Assembly: GCF_053078305.1 (NCBI RefSeq)
Contig: NZ_CP166879.1
DNA: 64,000 nucleotides
Direction: 5' to 3' (one strand)
Notes under the pieces: generated by a model
The model's database searches: none
Told to the model about the DNA's origin: nothing
What the model saw: the letters and a program-made list of their open reading frames with translations, nothing else
In this document: positions 1 through 11,449 of the stretch, in pieces
Numbering within the stretch: the stretch's first letter is position 1
How the letters are laid out: the number at the start of each line of letters is the position of its first letter
Made by a program: the position numbers and the translations under genes

Positions 1-893
1 ATGCCTTCAGACAGTTTTTCTACCGCCATCGCATCCTGATTGTGCTCCCAACGGAACTCCGCTTCGCTCATGGGAGCTGGGCGTGGGAACGTCTGAGAAG
101 GTGGGATTAATTTACGTACCACTGGCGAAACTTTTTCCTGCAGCTCCTTCAGCAAATTCGGTGCGATAGTCAGTCGATCGCAGCCGGTTAAGGCGAGGAT
201 TTGTTCGGTGCGACGGAAGCTCGCGCCCATCACAATGGTTTCATAGTGGTGTTGCTTATAGTAGTCGTAGATATTGCGCACCGATTTAACGCCCGGATCT
301 TCTTCCACCACATACGGGTCCATCGGCTTGCGTGCCTGATACCAGTCATAAATACGCCCGACAAACGGCGAAATCAGAAAAACGCCTGCTTCTGCACAGG
401 CCCGTGCCTGGGCAAAAGAAAACAGCAGCGTCAGGTTGCAGTTAATACCTTCTTTTTCCAGCTCTTCTGCCGCGCGAATTCCTTCCCAGGTCGAAGCCAG
501 CTTGATCAGAATGCGTGATTTCTCAACGCCTTGTTGCTGATACAAGTCCACCAGATGGCGCGCCTTCTCAATACTCTTTTCTTTATCAAAAGAGAGGCGT
601 GCATCAACTTCTGTTGACACGCGACCGGGTACGATTTTGAGGATTTCAGCACCGAAATTGACCGCCAGTTTGTCACACGCTGCGACCACCTGTTGTTCCT
701 GGGTCTTGCCATTTTTTTTACCCCAGGCGATAGCATCGTCTATTAAATGCTCATATTGTGATAATCCGGCAGCCTTGAGTAACAGCGAAGGATTGGTGGT
801 GGCATCCTGGGGATGATAATGGCGAATGGACTCAATATCGCCGCTGTCTGCCACGACAGTGGTGAACTGTTTGATGCCGTCTAACTCGTTCAT
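1..893 (-). CDS. talA: transaldolase A, N-terminal ~297 codons (gene continues beyond window start)
   Basis: Minus-strand frame from ATG at 893 reads [23 protein letters not shown]... and stays open to position 1; absent from ORF track only because no stop lies in the window. Confidence 0.9.
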   Translation of the reverse strand, partial: MNELDGIKQFTTVVADSGDIESIRHYHPQDATTNPSLLLKAAGLSQYEHLIDDAIAWGKKNGKTQEQQVVAACDKLAVNFGAEILKIVPGRVSTEVDARLSFDKEKSIEKARHLVDLYQQQGVEKSRILIKLASTWEGIRAAEELEKEGINCNLTLLFSFAQARACAEAGVFLISPFVGRIYDWYQARKPMDPYVVEEDPGVKSVRNIYDYYKQHHYETIVMGASFRRTEQILALTGCDRLTIAPNLLKELQEKVSPVVRKLIPPSQTFPRPAPMSEAEFRWEHNQDAMAVEKLSEG

Positions 894-1120
894 AGGAAAT
901 ACTCCTTGAAAAGTAAAGTGTTAGATGAGTGCGTTAATTCACACTTCTGAGAAATTTCGCTAAACGCATCAAAAAAGCATAGCAGACAGGCATGGTATTG
1001 CTGGATTAAGCAGGTAACATCAGTGTTATAGGATTATTACCAAAACATTATATTAATGGTGAGAGTTTGGACTTGCTCAAAGTCTGTAGACTCCGGCAAG
1101 GTAATAATGTGCGCCACGTT

Positions 1121-1142
1121 GTGGGCAGGGGCTGTTGCCCAC
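1121..1142 (+). promoter_or_regulatory. inverted repeat GTGGGCA-N8-TGCCCAC in talA-maeB divergent control region, ~40 nt upstream of maeB start
   Basis: Perfect 7-bp arms seen in sequence; function not established. Confidence 0.3.
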
Positions 1143-1181
1143 ACACTTTATTTGTGAACGTTACGTGAAAGGAACAACCAA

Positions 1182-3461
1182 ATGGATGACCAGTTAAAAC
1201 AAAGTGCACTTGATTTCCATGAATTTCCAGTTCCAGGGAAAATCCAGGTTTCTCCAACCAAGCCTCTGGCAACGCAGCGCGATCTGGCGCTGGCCTACTC
1301 ACCAGGCGTTGCCGCACCTTGTCTTGAAATCGAAAAAGACCCGTTAAAAGCCTACAAATATACCGCGCGCGGTAACCTGGTGGCGGTGATCTCTAACGGT
1401 ACGGCGGTGCTGGGGTTAGGCAACATTGGCGCGCTGGCAGGCAAACCGGTGATGGAAGGCAAGGGCGTTCTGTTTAAGAAATTCGCCGGGATTGATGTAT
1501 TTGACATTGAAGTTGACGAACTCGACCCGGACAAATTTATTGAAGTTGTCGCCGCGCTCGAACCAACCTTCGGCGGTATCAACCTCGAAGACATTAAAGC
1601 GCCAGAATGTTTCTATATTGAACAGAAACTGCGCGAGCGGATGAATATTCCGGTATTCCACGACGATCAGCACGGCACGGCAATTATCAGCACAGCCGCC
1701 ATCCTCAACGGCTTGCGCGTGGTGGAGAAAAACATCTCTGACGTGCGGATGGTGGTTTCCGGCGCGGGCGCCGCAGCAATCGCCTGTATGAACCTGCTGG
1801 TAGCGCTGGGTCTGCAAAAACATAACATCGTGGTTTGCGATTCAAAAGGCGTTATCTATCAGGGCCGTGAGCCAAACATGGCGGAAACCAAAGCCGCATA
1901 TGCGGTGGTGGATGACGGCAAACGTACCCTCGATGATGTGATTGAAGGCGCGGATATTTTCCTCGGCTGTTCCGGCCCGAAAGTGCTGACCCAGGAAATG
2001 GTGAAGAAAATGGCTCGTGCGCCAATGATCCTGGCGCTGGCGAACCCGGAACCGGAAATTCTGCCGCCGCTGGCGAAAGAAGTGCGTCCGGATGCCATCA
2101 TCTGCACCGGTCGTTCTGACTATCCAAACCAGGTGAACAACGTCCTGTGCTTCCCGTTCATCTTCCGTGGCGCGCTGGACGTTGGCGCAACCGCCATCAA
2201 CGAAGAGATGAAACTGGCGGCGGTACGCGCGATTGCAGAACTGGCCCATGCGGAACAGAGCGAAGTGGTGGCTTCAGCGTATGGCGATCAGGATCTGAGC
2301 TTTGGTCCGGAATACATCATTCCAAAACCGTTTGATCCGCGCTTGATCGTTAAGATCGCTCCTGCGGTCGCGAAAGCGGCGATGGAGTCGGGCGTGGCGA
2401 CGCGTCCGATTGCTGATTTCGACGTCTACATCGACAAGCTGACTGAGTTCGTTTACAAAACCAACCTGTTTATGAAGCCGATTTTCTCCCAGGCTCGCAA
2501 AGCGCCGAAGCGCGTAGTTCTGCCGGAAGGGGAAGAGGCGCGCGTTCTGCATGCCACTCAGGAACTGGTAACGCTGGGACTGGCGAAACCGATCCTTATC
2601 GGTCGTCCGAACGTGATCGAAATGCGCATTCAGAAACTGGGCTTGCAGATCAAAGCGGGCGTTGATTTTGAGATCGTCAATAACGAATCCGATCCGCGCT
2701 TTAAAGAGTACTGGACCGAATACTTCCAGATCATGAAGCGTCGCGGTGTCACTCAGGAACAGGCGCAGCGTGCGCTGATCAGTAACCCGACAGTGATCGG
2801 CGCGATCATGGTTCAGCGTGGGGAAGCCGATGCAATGATCTGCGGTACGGTGGGCGATTATCATGAACATTTTAGCGTGGTGAAAAATGTCTTTGGTTAT
2901 CGCGATGGCGTTCACACCGCAGGTGCAATGAACGCGCTGCTGCTGCCGAGTGGTAACACCTTTATTGCCGATACCTACGTCAATGACGAACCAGACGCAG
3001 AAGAGCTGGCGGAGATCACCTTGATGGCGGCAGAAACTGTCCGTCGTTTTGGTATTGAGCCGCGCGTTGCTCTGTTGTCGCACTCCAACTTTGGTTCTTC
3101 TGACTGCCCGTCGTCGAGCAAAATGCGTCAGGCGCTGGAACTGGTCAGGGAACGTGCGCCAGAACTGATGATTGATGGTGAAATGCACGGCGATGCAGCG
3201 CTGGTGGAAGCGATTCGCAACGACCGTATGCCGGACAGCCCTTTGAAAGGTTCCGCCAATATTCTGGTAATGCCAAACATGGAAGCTGCCCGCATTAGTT
3301 ACAACTTACTGCGCGTTTCCAGCTCGGAAGGTGTGACTGTCGGTCCGGTGCTGATGGGCGTGGCGAAACCGGTTCACGTGTTAACGCCGATCGCATCGGT
3401 ACGTCGTATCGTCAACATGGTGGCGCTGGCCGTGGTTGAAGCGCAAACCCAACCGCTGTAA
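1182..3461 (+). CDS. maeB: NADP-dependent malic enzyme (malic enzyme domain fused to phosphotransacetylase-like domain)
   Basis: 759-aa ORF starting [22 protein letters not shown]; recognised as MaeB family. Confidence 0.97.
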   Translation: MDDQLKQSALDFHEFPVPGKIQVSPTKPLATQRDLALAYSPGVAAPCLEIEKDPLKAYKYTARGNLVAVISNGTAVLGLGNIGALAGKPVMEGKGVLFKKFAGIDVFDIEVDELDPDKFIEVVAALEPTFGGINLEDIKAPECFYIEQKLRERMNIPVFHDDQHGTAIISTAAILNGLRVVEKNISDVRMVVSGAGAAAIACMNLLVALGLQKHNIVVCDSKGVIYQGREPNMAETKAAYAVVDDGKRTLDDVIEGADIFLGCSGPKVLTQEMVKKMARAPMILALANPEPEILPPLAKEVRPDAIICTGRSDYPNQVNNVLCFPFIFRGALDVGATAINEEMKLAAVRAIAELAHAEQSEVVASAYGDQDLSFGPEYIIPKPFDPRLIVKIAPAVAKAAMESGVATRPIADFDVYIDKLTEFVYKTNLFMKPIFSQARKAPKRVVLPEGEEARVLHATQELVTLGLAKPILIGRPNVIEMRIQKLGLQIKAGVDFEIVNNESDPRFKEYWTEYFQIMKRRGVTQEQAQRALISNPTVIGAIMVQRGEADAMICGTVGDYHEHFSVVKNVFGYRDGVHTAGAMNALLLPSGNTFIADTYVNDEPDAEELAEITLMAAETVRRFGIEPRVALLSHSNFGSSDCPSSSKMRQALELVRERAPELMIDGEMHGDAALVEAIRNDRMPDSPLKGSANILVMPNMEAARISYNLLRVSSSEGVTVGPVLMGVAKPVHVLTPIASVRRIVNMVALAVVEAQTQPL

Positions 3462-3478
3462 TTCTTTTTTAACTCTCA

Positions 3479-3506
3479 CGCTTACCCTGAATATTCAGGG
3501 TAAGCG
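3479..3506. terminator. 28-bp perfect palindrome CGCTTACCCTGAAT|ATTCAGGGTAAGCG downstream of maeB; putative terminator or insulator hairpin
   Basis: Exact reverse-complement symmetry read from sequence; the T-run precedes rather than follows it, so not a canonical intrinsic terminator. Confidence 0.45.
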
Positions 3507-3507
3507 G

Positions 3508-3751
3508 TCCAGCTGCAATATATTAGTAAAGCTTATTACTGAGTTTACGAATAATAAAAAAAGCAATATAAAATATCTCGATATTATTTTATTTATATTC
3601 ATGCGTCGCATATGAAAGTTTATTCATAACAGTAAATATCTCTCCATTCTTAGTGATCTACCTCACCTTTTAAACGCGCTTGCCGAATTTTGTTATTTAC
3701 TCTGACGAAAAATTGTCACGATACACGAAAGTTTTTCACAGGCGGCGACTC
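3508..3751 (+). promoter_or_regulatory. AT-rich promoter and regulatory region of the eut operon (expected EutR-dependent promoter)
   Basis: 244-bp AT-rich non-coding stretch immediately upstream of the first eut gene; exact promoter elements not mapped. Confidence 0.4.
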
Positions 3752-4087
3752 ATGGATAAAGAACGCATCATTCAGGAATTTGTGCCCGGCAAACAGGTCA
3801 CGCTGGCGCATCTCATCGCGCATCCCGGCGAGGAACTGGCGAAGAAAATCGGCGTTCCGGATGCGGGCGCAATTGGCATTATGACGCTAACTCCTGGCGA
3901 AACGGCGATGATCGCCGGTGATTTAGCATTGAAAGCCGCTGATGTGCATATCGGTTTTCTCGACCGCTTCAGTGGTGCATTGGTGATTTATGGCTCGGTG
4001 GGCGCAGTAGAAGAAGCGTTATCACAAACCGTCAGTGGCTTAGGTCGCTTATTAAATTATACGCTTTGTGAAATGACCAAAAGTTAA
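3752..4087 (+). CDS. eutS: ethanolamine microcompartment shell protein EutS (BMC domain)
   Basis: In frame of ORF 3680..4087; start placed at internal ATG 3752 ([15 protein letters not shown]...) giving 111 aa. Confidence 0.9.
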
Positions 4088-4099
4088 TACGAGGCATTC

Positions 4100-4579
4100 A
4101 TGAAACGAATTGCGTTTGTGGGTACCGTCGGGGCAGGGAAAACAACGTTATTTAATGCGTTGCAGGGGAATTATACCCTCGCCAGAAAAACACAGGCCGT
4201 GGAATTTAATGATAAGGGCGATATTGATACGCCGGGTGAATATTTTAGCCATCCCCGCTGGTATCACGCCTTAATTACCACGCTACAGGATGTGGACATG
4301 CTGATCTATGTCCACGGCGCGAATGACCCGGAAAGTCGGTTGCCTGCCGGGTTGCTGGATATTGGCGTCAGCAAACGGCAAATCGCCGTCATCAGTAAAA
4401 CGGACATGCCGGATGCTGACGTCGCCGCAACGCGAAAGTTATTGCTTGAGACGGGCTTCGAGGAGCCGATTTTCGAGCTAAACAGCCACGACCCGCAAAG
4501 CGTGCAGCAACTGGTGGATTATCTGGCATCTCTCACCAAACAGGAGGAAGCAGGTGAAAAAACTCATCACAGCGAATGA
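4100..4579 (+). CDS. eutP: EutP, P-loop NTPase / acetate kinase of the eut operon
   Basis: 159 aa, Walker A motif GTVGAGKTT. Confidence 0.93.
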   Translation: MKRIAFVGTVGAGKTTLFNALQGNYTLARKTQAVEFNDKGDIDTPGEYFSHPRWYHALITTLQDVDMLIYVHGANDPESRLPAGLLDIGVSKRQIAVISKTDMPDADVAATRKLLLETGFEEPIFELNSHDPQSVQQLVDYLASLTKQEEAGEKTHHSE

Positions 4580-5255
4580 TATTCGTGAAGCACACGCGCG
4601 CGGCGAACAGGCAATGTCCGTGGTTCTGCGCGCCAGCATTATTACCCCGGAAGCCCGTGAAGTGGCGGATCTACTGGGTTTTACCATCACCGAATGTGAT
4701 GAATCGTCCCCGGTAACGGCGTCCGTTCCCGCCAGCGTGCCAGCCGATAAAACCGAAAGTCAGCGCATCCGCGAAACCATCATTGCCCAGCTGCCGGAAG
4801 GCCAGTTTACCGAAAGCCTGGTCGCGCAGTTGATGGAAAAAGTGATGAAGGAAAAACAGTCGCTGGAGCAGGGTGCAATGCAGCCGAGCTTCAAATCGGT
4901 GACCGGCAAAGGCGGCATCAAAGTGATTGATGGCAGCAGCGTCAAGTTTGGTCGTTTCGACGGCGCAGAGCCGCATTGCGTGGGCTTAACTGACCTTGTG
5001 ACCGGAGACGACGGCAGCAGCATGGCCGCTGGTTTTATGCAGTGGGACAACGCATTCTTCCCGTGGACCCTGAACTACGACGAAATCGACATGGTGCTGG
5101 AAGGGGAGCTGCATGTTCGCCACGAAGGCGAAACCATGATCGCCAAAGCAGGCGACGTAATGTTTATCCCGAAAGGCTCCAGCATCGAATTTGGTACGAC
5201 ATCCAGCGTGAAATTCCTGTATGTCGCCTGGCCGGCTAACTGGCAATCCCTATGA
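4554..5255 (+). CDS. eutQ: EutQ, cupin-fold protein / acetate kinase
   Basis: 233 aa; GTG start preceded by AGGAGG; overlaps eutP 3' end by 26 nt. Confidence 0.9.
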   Translation: MKKLITANDIREAHARGEQAMSVVLRASIITPEAREVADLLGFTITECDESSPVTASVPASVPADKTESQRIRETIIAQLPEGQFTESLVAQLMEKVMKEKQSLEQGAMQPSFKSVTGKGGIKVIDGSSVKFGRFDGAEPHCVGLTDLVTGDDGSSMAAGFMQWDNAFFPWTLNYDEIDMVLEGELHVRHEGETMIAKAGDVMFIPKGSSIEFGTTSSVKFLYVAWPANWQSL

Positions 5256-6055
5256 AAGATTTCATCACCGAAGCATGGCTAAGAGCGAACCATACGCTCA
5301 GCGAAGGCGCAGAGATCCATCTCCCTGCGGACAGTCGCCTGACGCCCTCTGCCCGGGAGTTGCTGGAAAGCCGCCATCTGCGCATCAAGTTTATTGACGA
5401 GCAGGGCCGCCTGTTTGTTGACGATGAACAGCAGCAGCCGCAGCCCGTTCATGGGCTAACCAGTAGCGATGAACATCCGCAGGCGTGCTGCGAACTGTGC
5501 CGCCAGCCGGTGGCAAAAAAGCCGGATACGCTGACTCACCTGTCGGCGGAAAAAATGGTCGCCAAAAGCGATCCGCGTCTGGGTTTTCGCGCGGTTCTCG
5601 ACAGCACCATTGCGCTGGCAGTGTGGCTGCAAATTGAACTGGCGGAACCGTGGCAGCCGTGGCTGGCGGATATCCGTTCGCGTCTTGGCAACATTATGCG
5701 CGCCGATGCGCTGGGGGAACCGCTGGGCTGCCAGGCGATTGTCGGGCTTTCTGACGAAGATCTGCATCGGCTTTCTCATCAGCCGCTGCGCTATCTCGAC
5801 CACGATCATCTGGTGCCGGAAGCGCGCCACGGGCGCGATGCTGCGTTGCTCAATCTGCTACGCACCAAAGTGCGGGAAACCGAAACCGTAGCGGCGCAGG
5901 TGTTTATCACCCGCAGCTTTGAAGTATTACGCCCGGACATCTTGCAGGCGCTGAACCGGCTTTCCAGCACGGTCTACGTGATGATGATCCTGAGCGTAAC
6001 GAAGCCGCCGCTAACGGTGAAGCAGATCCAACAACGACTGGGGGAAACGCAATGA
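5252..6055 (+). CDS. eutT: EutT corrinoid (cobalamin) adenosyltransferase
   Basis: 267 aa; ATGA start/stop overlap with eutQ; cysteine motif CCELC. Confidence 0.93.
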   Translation: MKDFITEAWLRANHTLSEGAEIHLPADSRLTPSARELLESRHLRIKFIDEQGRLFVDDEQQQPQPVHGLTSSDEHPQACCELCRQPVAKKPDTLTHLSAEKMVAKSDPRLGFRAVLDSTIALAVWLQIELAEPWQPWLADIRSRLGNIMRADALGEPLGCQAIVGLSDEDLHRLSHQPLRYLDHDHLVPEARHGRDAALLNLLRTKVRETETVAAQVFITRSFEVLRPDILQALNRLSSTVYVMMILSVTKPPLTVKQIQQRLGETQ

Positions 6056-7068
6056 TTATTGAACGTTGTCGTGAACTGGCGTTGCGAGCGCCCGCCAGAG
6101 TGGTTTTTCCGGATGCGTTAGATCAACGTGTGCTGAAAGCGGCGCAATATTTACATCAACAAGGTCTGGCAACGCCCATTATGGTCGCCAATCCGTTTGA
6201 ACTTCGTCAGTTTGCGCTCAGTCATGGCGTAGCGATGGACGGGCTACAGGTGATTGATCCGCATGGCAACCTCGCAATGCGGGAAGAATTTGCTCATCGC
6301 TGGCTGGCCCGCGCGGGCGAAAAAACGCCGCCGGATGCGCTGGAAAAACTTACCGATCCGCTGATGTTCGCCGCAGCAATGGTCAGCGCCGGTAAAGCGG
6401 ATGTCTGTATCGCGGGCAACCTCTCTTCCACGGCGAATGTGCTGCGTGCCGGATTACGCATTATCGGCTTGCAGCCAGGCTGTAAAACGCTCTCATCCAT
6501 TTTCCTGATGCTGCCACAGTACAGTGGCCCCGCGTTGGGCTTTGCCGATTGCAGCGTGGTACCACAGCCGACGGCGGCGCAGCTGGCGGATATCGCGCTT
6601 GCCAGCGCCGAAACCTGGCGCGCCATCACCGGAGAAGAGCCGCGCGTGGCGATGCTGTCGTTTTCCAGTAACGGTAGCGCCCGTCACCCCTGCGTTGCCA
6701 ATGTCCAGCAGGCGACAGAAATCGTCCGTGAGCGCGCACCAAAGCTGGTAGTCGATGGCGAGTTGCAGTTTGACGCCGCCTTCGTGCCGGAAGTGGCGGC
6801 GCAAAAAGCGCCTGCCAGCCCGCTACAGGGCAAGGCCAATGTGATGGTTTTTCCGTCGCTGGAAGCCGGAAATATTGGCTACAAAATCGCACAACGACTC
6901 GGCGGATATCGTGCCGTCGGGCCATTGATACAAGGACTTGCCGCGCCGATGCACGATCTCTCTCGTGGTTGTAGCGTGCAGGAAATTATCGAGCTGGCGC
7001 TGGTGGCAGCTGTGCCGCGTCAGACAGAAATGAACCGCGAAAGCAGTTTACAAACACTGGTTGAATGA
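6052..7068 (+). CDS. eutD: EutD phosphotransacetylase
   Basis: 338 aa PTA-family protein; ATGA overlap with eutT. Confidence 0.95.
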   Translation: MIIERCRELALRAPARVVFPDALDQRVLKAAQYLHQQGLATPIMVANPFELRQFALSHGVAMDGLQVIDPHGNLAMREEFAHRWLARAGEKTPPDALEKLTDPLMFAAAMVSAGKADVCIAGNLSSTANVLRAGLRIIGLQPGCKTLSSIFLMLPQYSGPALGFADCSVVPQPTAAQLADIALASAETWRAITGEEPRVAMLSFSSNGSARHPCVANVQQATEIVRERAPKLVVDGELQFDAAFVPEVAAQKAPASPLQGKANVMVFPSLEAGNIGYKIAQRLGGYRAVGPLIQGLAAPMHDLSRGCSVQEIIELALVAAVPRQTEMNRESSLQTLVE

Positions 7069-7106
7069 ACGGTCCCGTTCTGGACCCTGATAAAGAGGAA
7101 AGCACA

Positions 7107-7400
7107 ATGGAAGCATTAGGAATGATCGAAACCCGGGGCCTGGTTGCACTGATTGAGGCTTCTGACGCGATGGTGAAAGCTGCGCGCGTCAAGCTGGTTG
7201 GTGTTAAGCAGATTGGCGGCGGCCTGTGTACTGCCATGGTTCGTGGTGATGTTGCAGCCTGTAAAGCGGCGACCGATGCCGGTGCCGCAGCGGCACAGCG
7301 TATCGGCGAGCTGGTATCTGTACACGTTATCCCGCGTCCGCACGGCGACCTGGAAGAAGTGTTCCCGATCGGCCTGAAAGGCGATAGCAGCAACCTGTAA
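7107..7400 (+). CDS. eutM: microcompartment major shell protein EutM (BMC-H)
   Basis: In frame of ORF 7065..7400; start at ATG 7107 after GAGGAA; 97 aa [26 protein letters not shown]. Confidence 0.93.
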   Translation: MEALGMIETRGLVALIEASDAMVKAARVKLVGVKQIGGGLCTAMVRGDVAACKAATDAGAAAAQRIGELVSVHVIPRPHGDLEEVFPIGLKGDSSNL

Positions 7401-7418
7401 TCACCCTGTGTGACGTCG

Positions 7419-7440
7419 ATTCGGGCGTCACGCTCTCTCA
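7419..7440 (+). promoter_or_regulatory. hairpin GTGACG-N10-CGTCAC in eutM-eutN intergenic region (candidate mRNA processing/stability element)
   Basis: Inverted repeat read from sequence in the 106-bp eutM-eutN gap. Confidence 0.3.
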
Positions 7441-7506
7441 TTTTTCATTTTACCTTCCGCGGAGGGTAGGGGGAGCTTTTACCTGAAATACGCCACGGAG
7501 GCGGGT

Positions 7507-7794
7507 ATGAAACTGGCAGTCGTCACTGGACAAATTGTTTGTACCGTACGCCATCACGGACTGGCGCATGACAAATTGCTGATGGTGGAAATGATTGATC
7601 CACAAGGTAATCCTGACGGGCAATGTGCCGTCGCCATCGACAATATTGGCGCGGGAACCGGGGAGTGGGTGTTGCTGGTGAGTGGCAGTTCCGCCCGCCA
7701 GGCGCATAAAAGCGAAACGTCACCGGTCGATCTGTGCGTGATTGGCATCGTCGATGAGGTGGTGTCTGGCGGTCAGGTAATTTTCCACAAATAA
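7507..7794 (+). CDS. eutN: microcompartment vertex protein EutN (CcmL/PduN family)
   Basis: 95 aa MKLAVVTGQIVCTVRHHGLAHDKLLMVEM. Confidence 0.93.
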   Translation: MKLAVVTGQIVCTVRHHGLAHDKLLMVEMIDPQGNPDGQCAVAIDNIGAGTGEWVLLVSGSSARQAHKSETSPVDLCVIGIVDEVVSGGQVIFHK

Positions 7795-7805
7795 GGCAGA
7801 ACATC

Positions 7806-9209
7806 ATGAATCAACAGGATATTGAACAGGTGGTGAAAGCGGTACTGCTGAAAATGCAAAGCAGTGACACGCCGCCCGCCGCCGTTCATGAGATGGGCGT
7901 TTTCGCGTCCCTGGATGACGCTGTTGCGGCAGCCAAAATTGCCCAGCAAGGGTTAAAGAGCGTGGCAATGCGCCAGTTAGCCATTGCTGCCATTCGTGAA
8001 GCAGGCGAAAAACACGCCAGAGATTTAGCGGAACTTGCCGTCAGTGAAACCGGCATGGGGCGCGTTGAAGATAAATTTGCAAAAAACGTCGCTCAGGCGC
8101 GCGGCACACCAGGCGTTGAGTGCCTCTCTCCGCAAGTGCTGACTGGCGACAACGGCCTGACCCTAATTGAAAACGCACCCTGGGGCGTGGTGGCTTCGGT
8201 GACGCCTTCCACTAACCCGGCGGCAACCGTAATTAACAACGCCATCAGCCTGATTGCCGCGGGCAACAGCGTCATTTTTGCCCCGCATCCGGCGGCGAAA
8301 AAAGTCTCCCAGCGGGCGATCACGCTGCTCAACCAGGCGATTGTTGCCGCAGGCGGGCCGGAAAACTTACTGGTTACTGTGGCAAATCCGGATATCGAAA
8401 CCGCGCAACGCTTGTTCAAGTTTCCGGGTATCGGCCTGCTGGTGGTGACCGGCGGCGAAGCGGTAGTAGAAGCGGCGCGTAAACACACCAATAAACGTCT
8501 GATTGCCGCAGGCGCTGGCAACCCGCCGGTAGTGGTGGATGAAACCGCTGACCTCGCCCGTGCTGCTCAGTCCATCGTCAAAGGCGCGTCTTTCGATAAC
8601 AACATCATTTGTGCCGACGAAAAGGTACTGATTGTTGTTGATAGCGTAGCCGATGAACTGATGCGTCTGATGGAAGGCCAGCACGCGGTGAAACTGACCG
8701 CAGAACAGGCGCAGCAGCTGCAACCGGTGTTGCTGAAAAATATCGACGAGCGCGGAAAAGGCACCGTCAGCCGTGACTGGGTTGGTCGCGATGCGGCGAA
8801 AATCGCGGCGGCAATCGGCCTGAACGTGCCGCAAGAAACGCGTTTGCTGTTTGTGGAAACCACCGCAGAACATCCGTTTGCCGTGACTGAACTGATGATG
8901 CCGGTGTTGCCCGTCGTGCGCGTCGCCAACGTGGCGGATGCCATTGCGCTGGCGGTGAAACTGGAGGGCGGTTGCCACCACACGGCGGCAATGCACTCGC
9001 GCAACATCGAAAACATGAACCAGATGGCGAATGCTATTGATACCAGCATTTTCGTTAAGAACGGACCGTGCATTGCCGGGCTGGGGCTGGGCGGGGAAGG
9101 CTGGACCACCATGACCATCACCACGCCAACCGGTGAAGGGGTAACCAGCGCGCGTACGTTTGTCCGTCTGCGTCGCTGTGTATTAGTCGATGCGTTTCGC
9201 ATTGTTTAA
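7806..9209 (+). CDS. eutE: EutE CoA-acylating acetaldehyde dehydrogenase
   Basis: 467 aa aldehyde dehydrogenase family. Confidence 0.95.
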   Translation: MNQQDIEQVVKAVLLKMQSSDTPPAAVHEMGVFASLDDAVAAAKIAQQGLKSVAMRQLAIAAIREAGEKHARDLAELAVSETGMGRVEDKFAKNVAQARGTPGVECLSPQVLTGDNGLTLIENAPWGVVASVTPSTNPAATVINNAISLIAAGNSVIFAPHPAAKKVSQRAITLLNQAIVAAGGPENLLVTVANPDIETAQRLFKFPGIGLLVVTGGEAVVEAARKHTNKRLIAAGAGNPPVVVDETADLARAAQSIVKGASFDNNIICADEKVLIVVDSVADELMRLMEGQHAVKLTAEQAQQLQPVLLKNIDERGKGTVSRDWVGRDAAKIAAAIGLNVPQETRLLFVETTAEHPFAVTELMMPVLPVVRVANVADAIALAVKLEGGCHHTAAMHSRNIENMNQMANAIDTSIFVKNGPCIAGLGLGGEGWTTMTITTPTGEGVTSARTFVRLRRCVLVDAFRIV

Positions 9210-9219
9210 GGAGTAACCG

Positions 9220-10056
9220 ATGGCGCACGACGAACAATGGCTCACCCCACGTCTGCAAACGGCGGCAACGCTGTGTAACCAGACGCCCGCCGCGACGGAA
9301 TCCCCGCTGTGGCTGGGGGTGGATCTGGGCACCTGCGATGTGGTTTCGATGGTTGTCGACCGCGACGGTCAGCCGGTGGCGGTATGCCTCGACTGGGCCG
9401 ATGTGGTCCGCGACGGCATCGTCTGGGATTTCTTCGGCGCTGTCACCATTGTTCGTCGCCATCTCGACACTCTTGAGCAGCAATTCGGTCGCCGTTTTAG
9501 CCATGCGGCGACTTCATTTCCTCCAGGTACGGACCCGCGTATTTCCATCAACGTGCTGGAGTCTGCTGGACTGGAAGTGAGCCATGTGCTGGATGAGCCA
9601 ACCGCAGTCGCGGATCTGCTGCAACTGGACAACGCCGGTGTAGTGGATATCGGCGGCGGCACTACCGGCATTGCCATCGTGAAAAAGGGCAAGGTGACGT
9701 ACTCGGCGGATGAAGCAACCGGCGGACATCACATCTCTCTGACTCTCGCCGGAAATCGCCGTATTTCGCTGGAAGAGGCAGAGCAGTACAAGCGCGGTCA
9801 CGGTGACGAGATTTGGCCCGCGGTGAAACCGGTGTACGAAAAAATGGCGGACATTGTCGCCCGGCATATTGAAGGACAGGGCATTACTGATTTATGGCTG
9901 GCGGGCGGCTCCTGTATGCAGCCGGGCGTGGCGGAACTGTTTCGCAAACAATTCCCGGCGTTACAGGTGCATTTACCGCAGCACAGTTTGTTTATGACCC
10001 CGCTGGCGATCGCCAGTAGTGGGCGAGAGAAAGCGGAGGGGCTATATGCAAAATGA
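9220..10056 (+). CDS. eutJ: EutJ chaperone-like ATPase (actin/Hsp70 fold)
   Basis: 278 aa; AAGGAG upstream of ATG. Confidence 0.93.
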   Translation: MAHDEQWLTPRLQTAATLCNQTPAATESPLWLGVDLGTCDVVSMVVDRDGQPVAVCLDWADVVRDGIVWDFFGAVTIVRRHLDTLEQQFGRRFSHAATSFPPGTDPRISINVLESAGLEVSHVLDEPTAVADLLQLDNAGVVDIGGGTTGIAIVKKGKVTYSADEATGGHHISLTLAGNRRISLEEAEQYKRGHGDEIWPAVKPVYEKMADIVARHIEGQGITDLWLAGGSCMQPGVAELFRKQFPALQVHLPQHSLFMTPLAIASSGREKAEGLYAK

Positions 10057-11233
10057 ATTGCAGACCGCGCTCTTTCAGGCGTTCGATACCCTGAATCTGC
10101 AACGGGTAAAAACATTTAGCGTTCCACCGGTGACGCTTTGCGGTCCGGGCTCGGTGAGCAGTTGCGGGCAGCAAGCGCAAACGCGTGGGCTGAAACATCT
10201 GTTCGTGATGGCAGACAGCTTTTTGCATCAGGCAGGGATGACCGCCGGGCTGACGCGTAGCCTGGCCGTTAAAGGTATCGCCATGACGCTCTGGCCATGT
10301 CCGGTGGGCGAACCTTGCATTACCGACGTGTGTGCAGCCGTGGCGCAGTTGCGTGAGTCAGGCTGTGATGGGGTGATCGCGTTTGGCGGCGGCTCGGTGC
10401 TGGATGCGGCGAAAGCCGTGACGTTGCTGGTGACGAACCCGGATAGCACGCTGGCAGAGATGTCAGAAACCAGCGTTCTGCAACCGCGCTTGCCGCTGAT
10501 TGCCATTCCAACTACCGCCGGAACCGGCTCTGAAACCACCAATGTAACGGTGATTATCGACGCGGTGAGCGGGCGCAAGCAGGTGTTAGCCCATGCCTCG
10601 CTGATGCCGGATGTGGCGATCCTCGACGCCGCATTGACCGAAGGTGTGCCGTCGCATGTCACGGCGATGACCGGCATTGATGCGTTAACCCATGCCATTG
10701 AAGCATACAGCGCCCTGAACGCTACACCGTTTACCGACAGTCTGGCGATTGGTGCCATTGCGATGATTGGCAAATCGCTGCCGAAAGCGGTGGGCTACGG
10801 TCACGACCTTGCCGCGCGCGAGAGCATGTTGCTGGCTTCATGTATGGCGGGAATGGCGTTTTCCAGTGCGGGTCTTGGGTTGTGCCACGCGATGGCGCAT
10901 CAGCCGGGCGCGGCGCTGCATATTCCGCACGGTCTGGCGAACGCTATGTTGCTGCCAACGGTGATGGAGTTTAACCGGATGGTTTGTCGCGAACGCTTTA
11001 GTCAGATTGGTCGGGCACTGCGAACTAAAAAATCCGACGATCGTGACGCTATTAACGCGGTAAGTGAGCTGATTGCGGAAGTTGGGATTGGTAAACGACT
11101 GGGCGATGTTGGCGCGACATCTGCGCATTACGGTGCATGGGCGCAGGCCGCGCAGGAAGATATTTGTCTGCGCAGCAACCCGCGTACCGCCAGCCTGGAA
11201 CAGATTGTCGGCCTGTACGCAGCGGCGCAATAA
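10046..11233 (+). CDS. eutG: EutG iron-containing alcohol dehydrogenase
   Basis: In frame of ORF 10019..11233; start at ATG 10046 after GGAGGG (MQNELQTALFQ...), 395 aa; overlaps eutJ 3' end by 11 nt. Confidence 0.93.
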   Translation: MQNELQTALFQAFDTLNLQRVKTFSVPPVTLCGPGSVSSCGQQAQTRGLKHLFVMADSFLHQAGMTAGLTRSLAVKGIAMTLWPCPVGEPCITDVCAAVAQLRESGCDGVIAFGGGSVLDAAKAVTLLVTNPDSTLAEMSETSVLQPRLPLIAIPTTAGTGSETTNVTVIIDAVSGRKQVLAHASLMPDVAILDAALTEGVPSHVTAMTGIDALTHAIEAYSALNATPFTDSLAIGAIAMIGKSLPKAVGYGHDLAARESMLLASCMAGMAFSSAGLGLCHAMAHQPGAALHIPHGLANAMLLPTVMEFNRMVCRERFSQIGRALRTKKSDDRDAINAVSELIAEVGIGKRLGDVGATSAHYGAWAQAAQEDICLRSNPRTASLEQIVGLYAAAQ

Positions 11234-11235
11234 AT

Positions 11236-11417
<182 letters not shown>

Positions 11418-11449
11418 TAATAAATAACAACTAACAGGGAGTAAAGGCG

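Noticed and set aside
2274-3188. 304-aa ORF antisense to maeB
   Set aside because: Same reasoning: it sits inside a confidently identified gene on the opposite strand.
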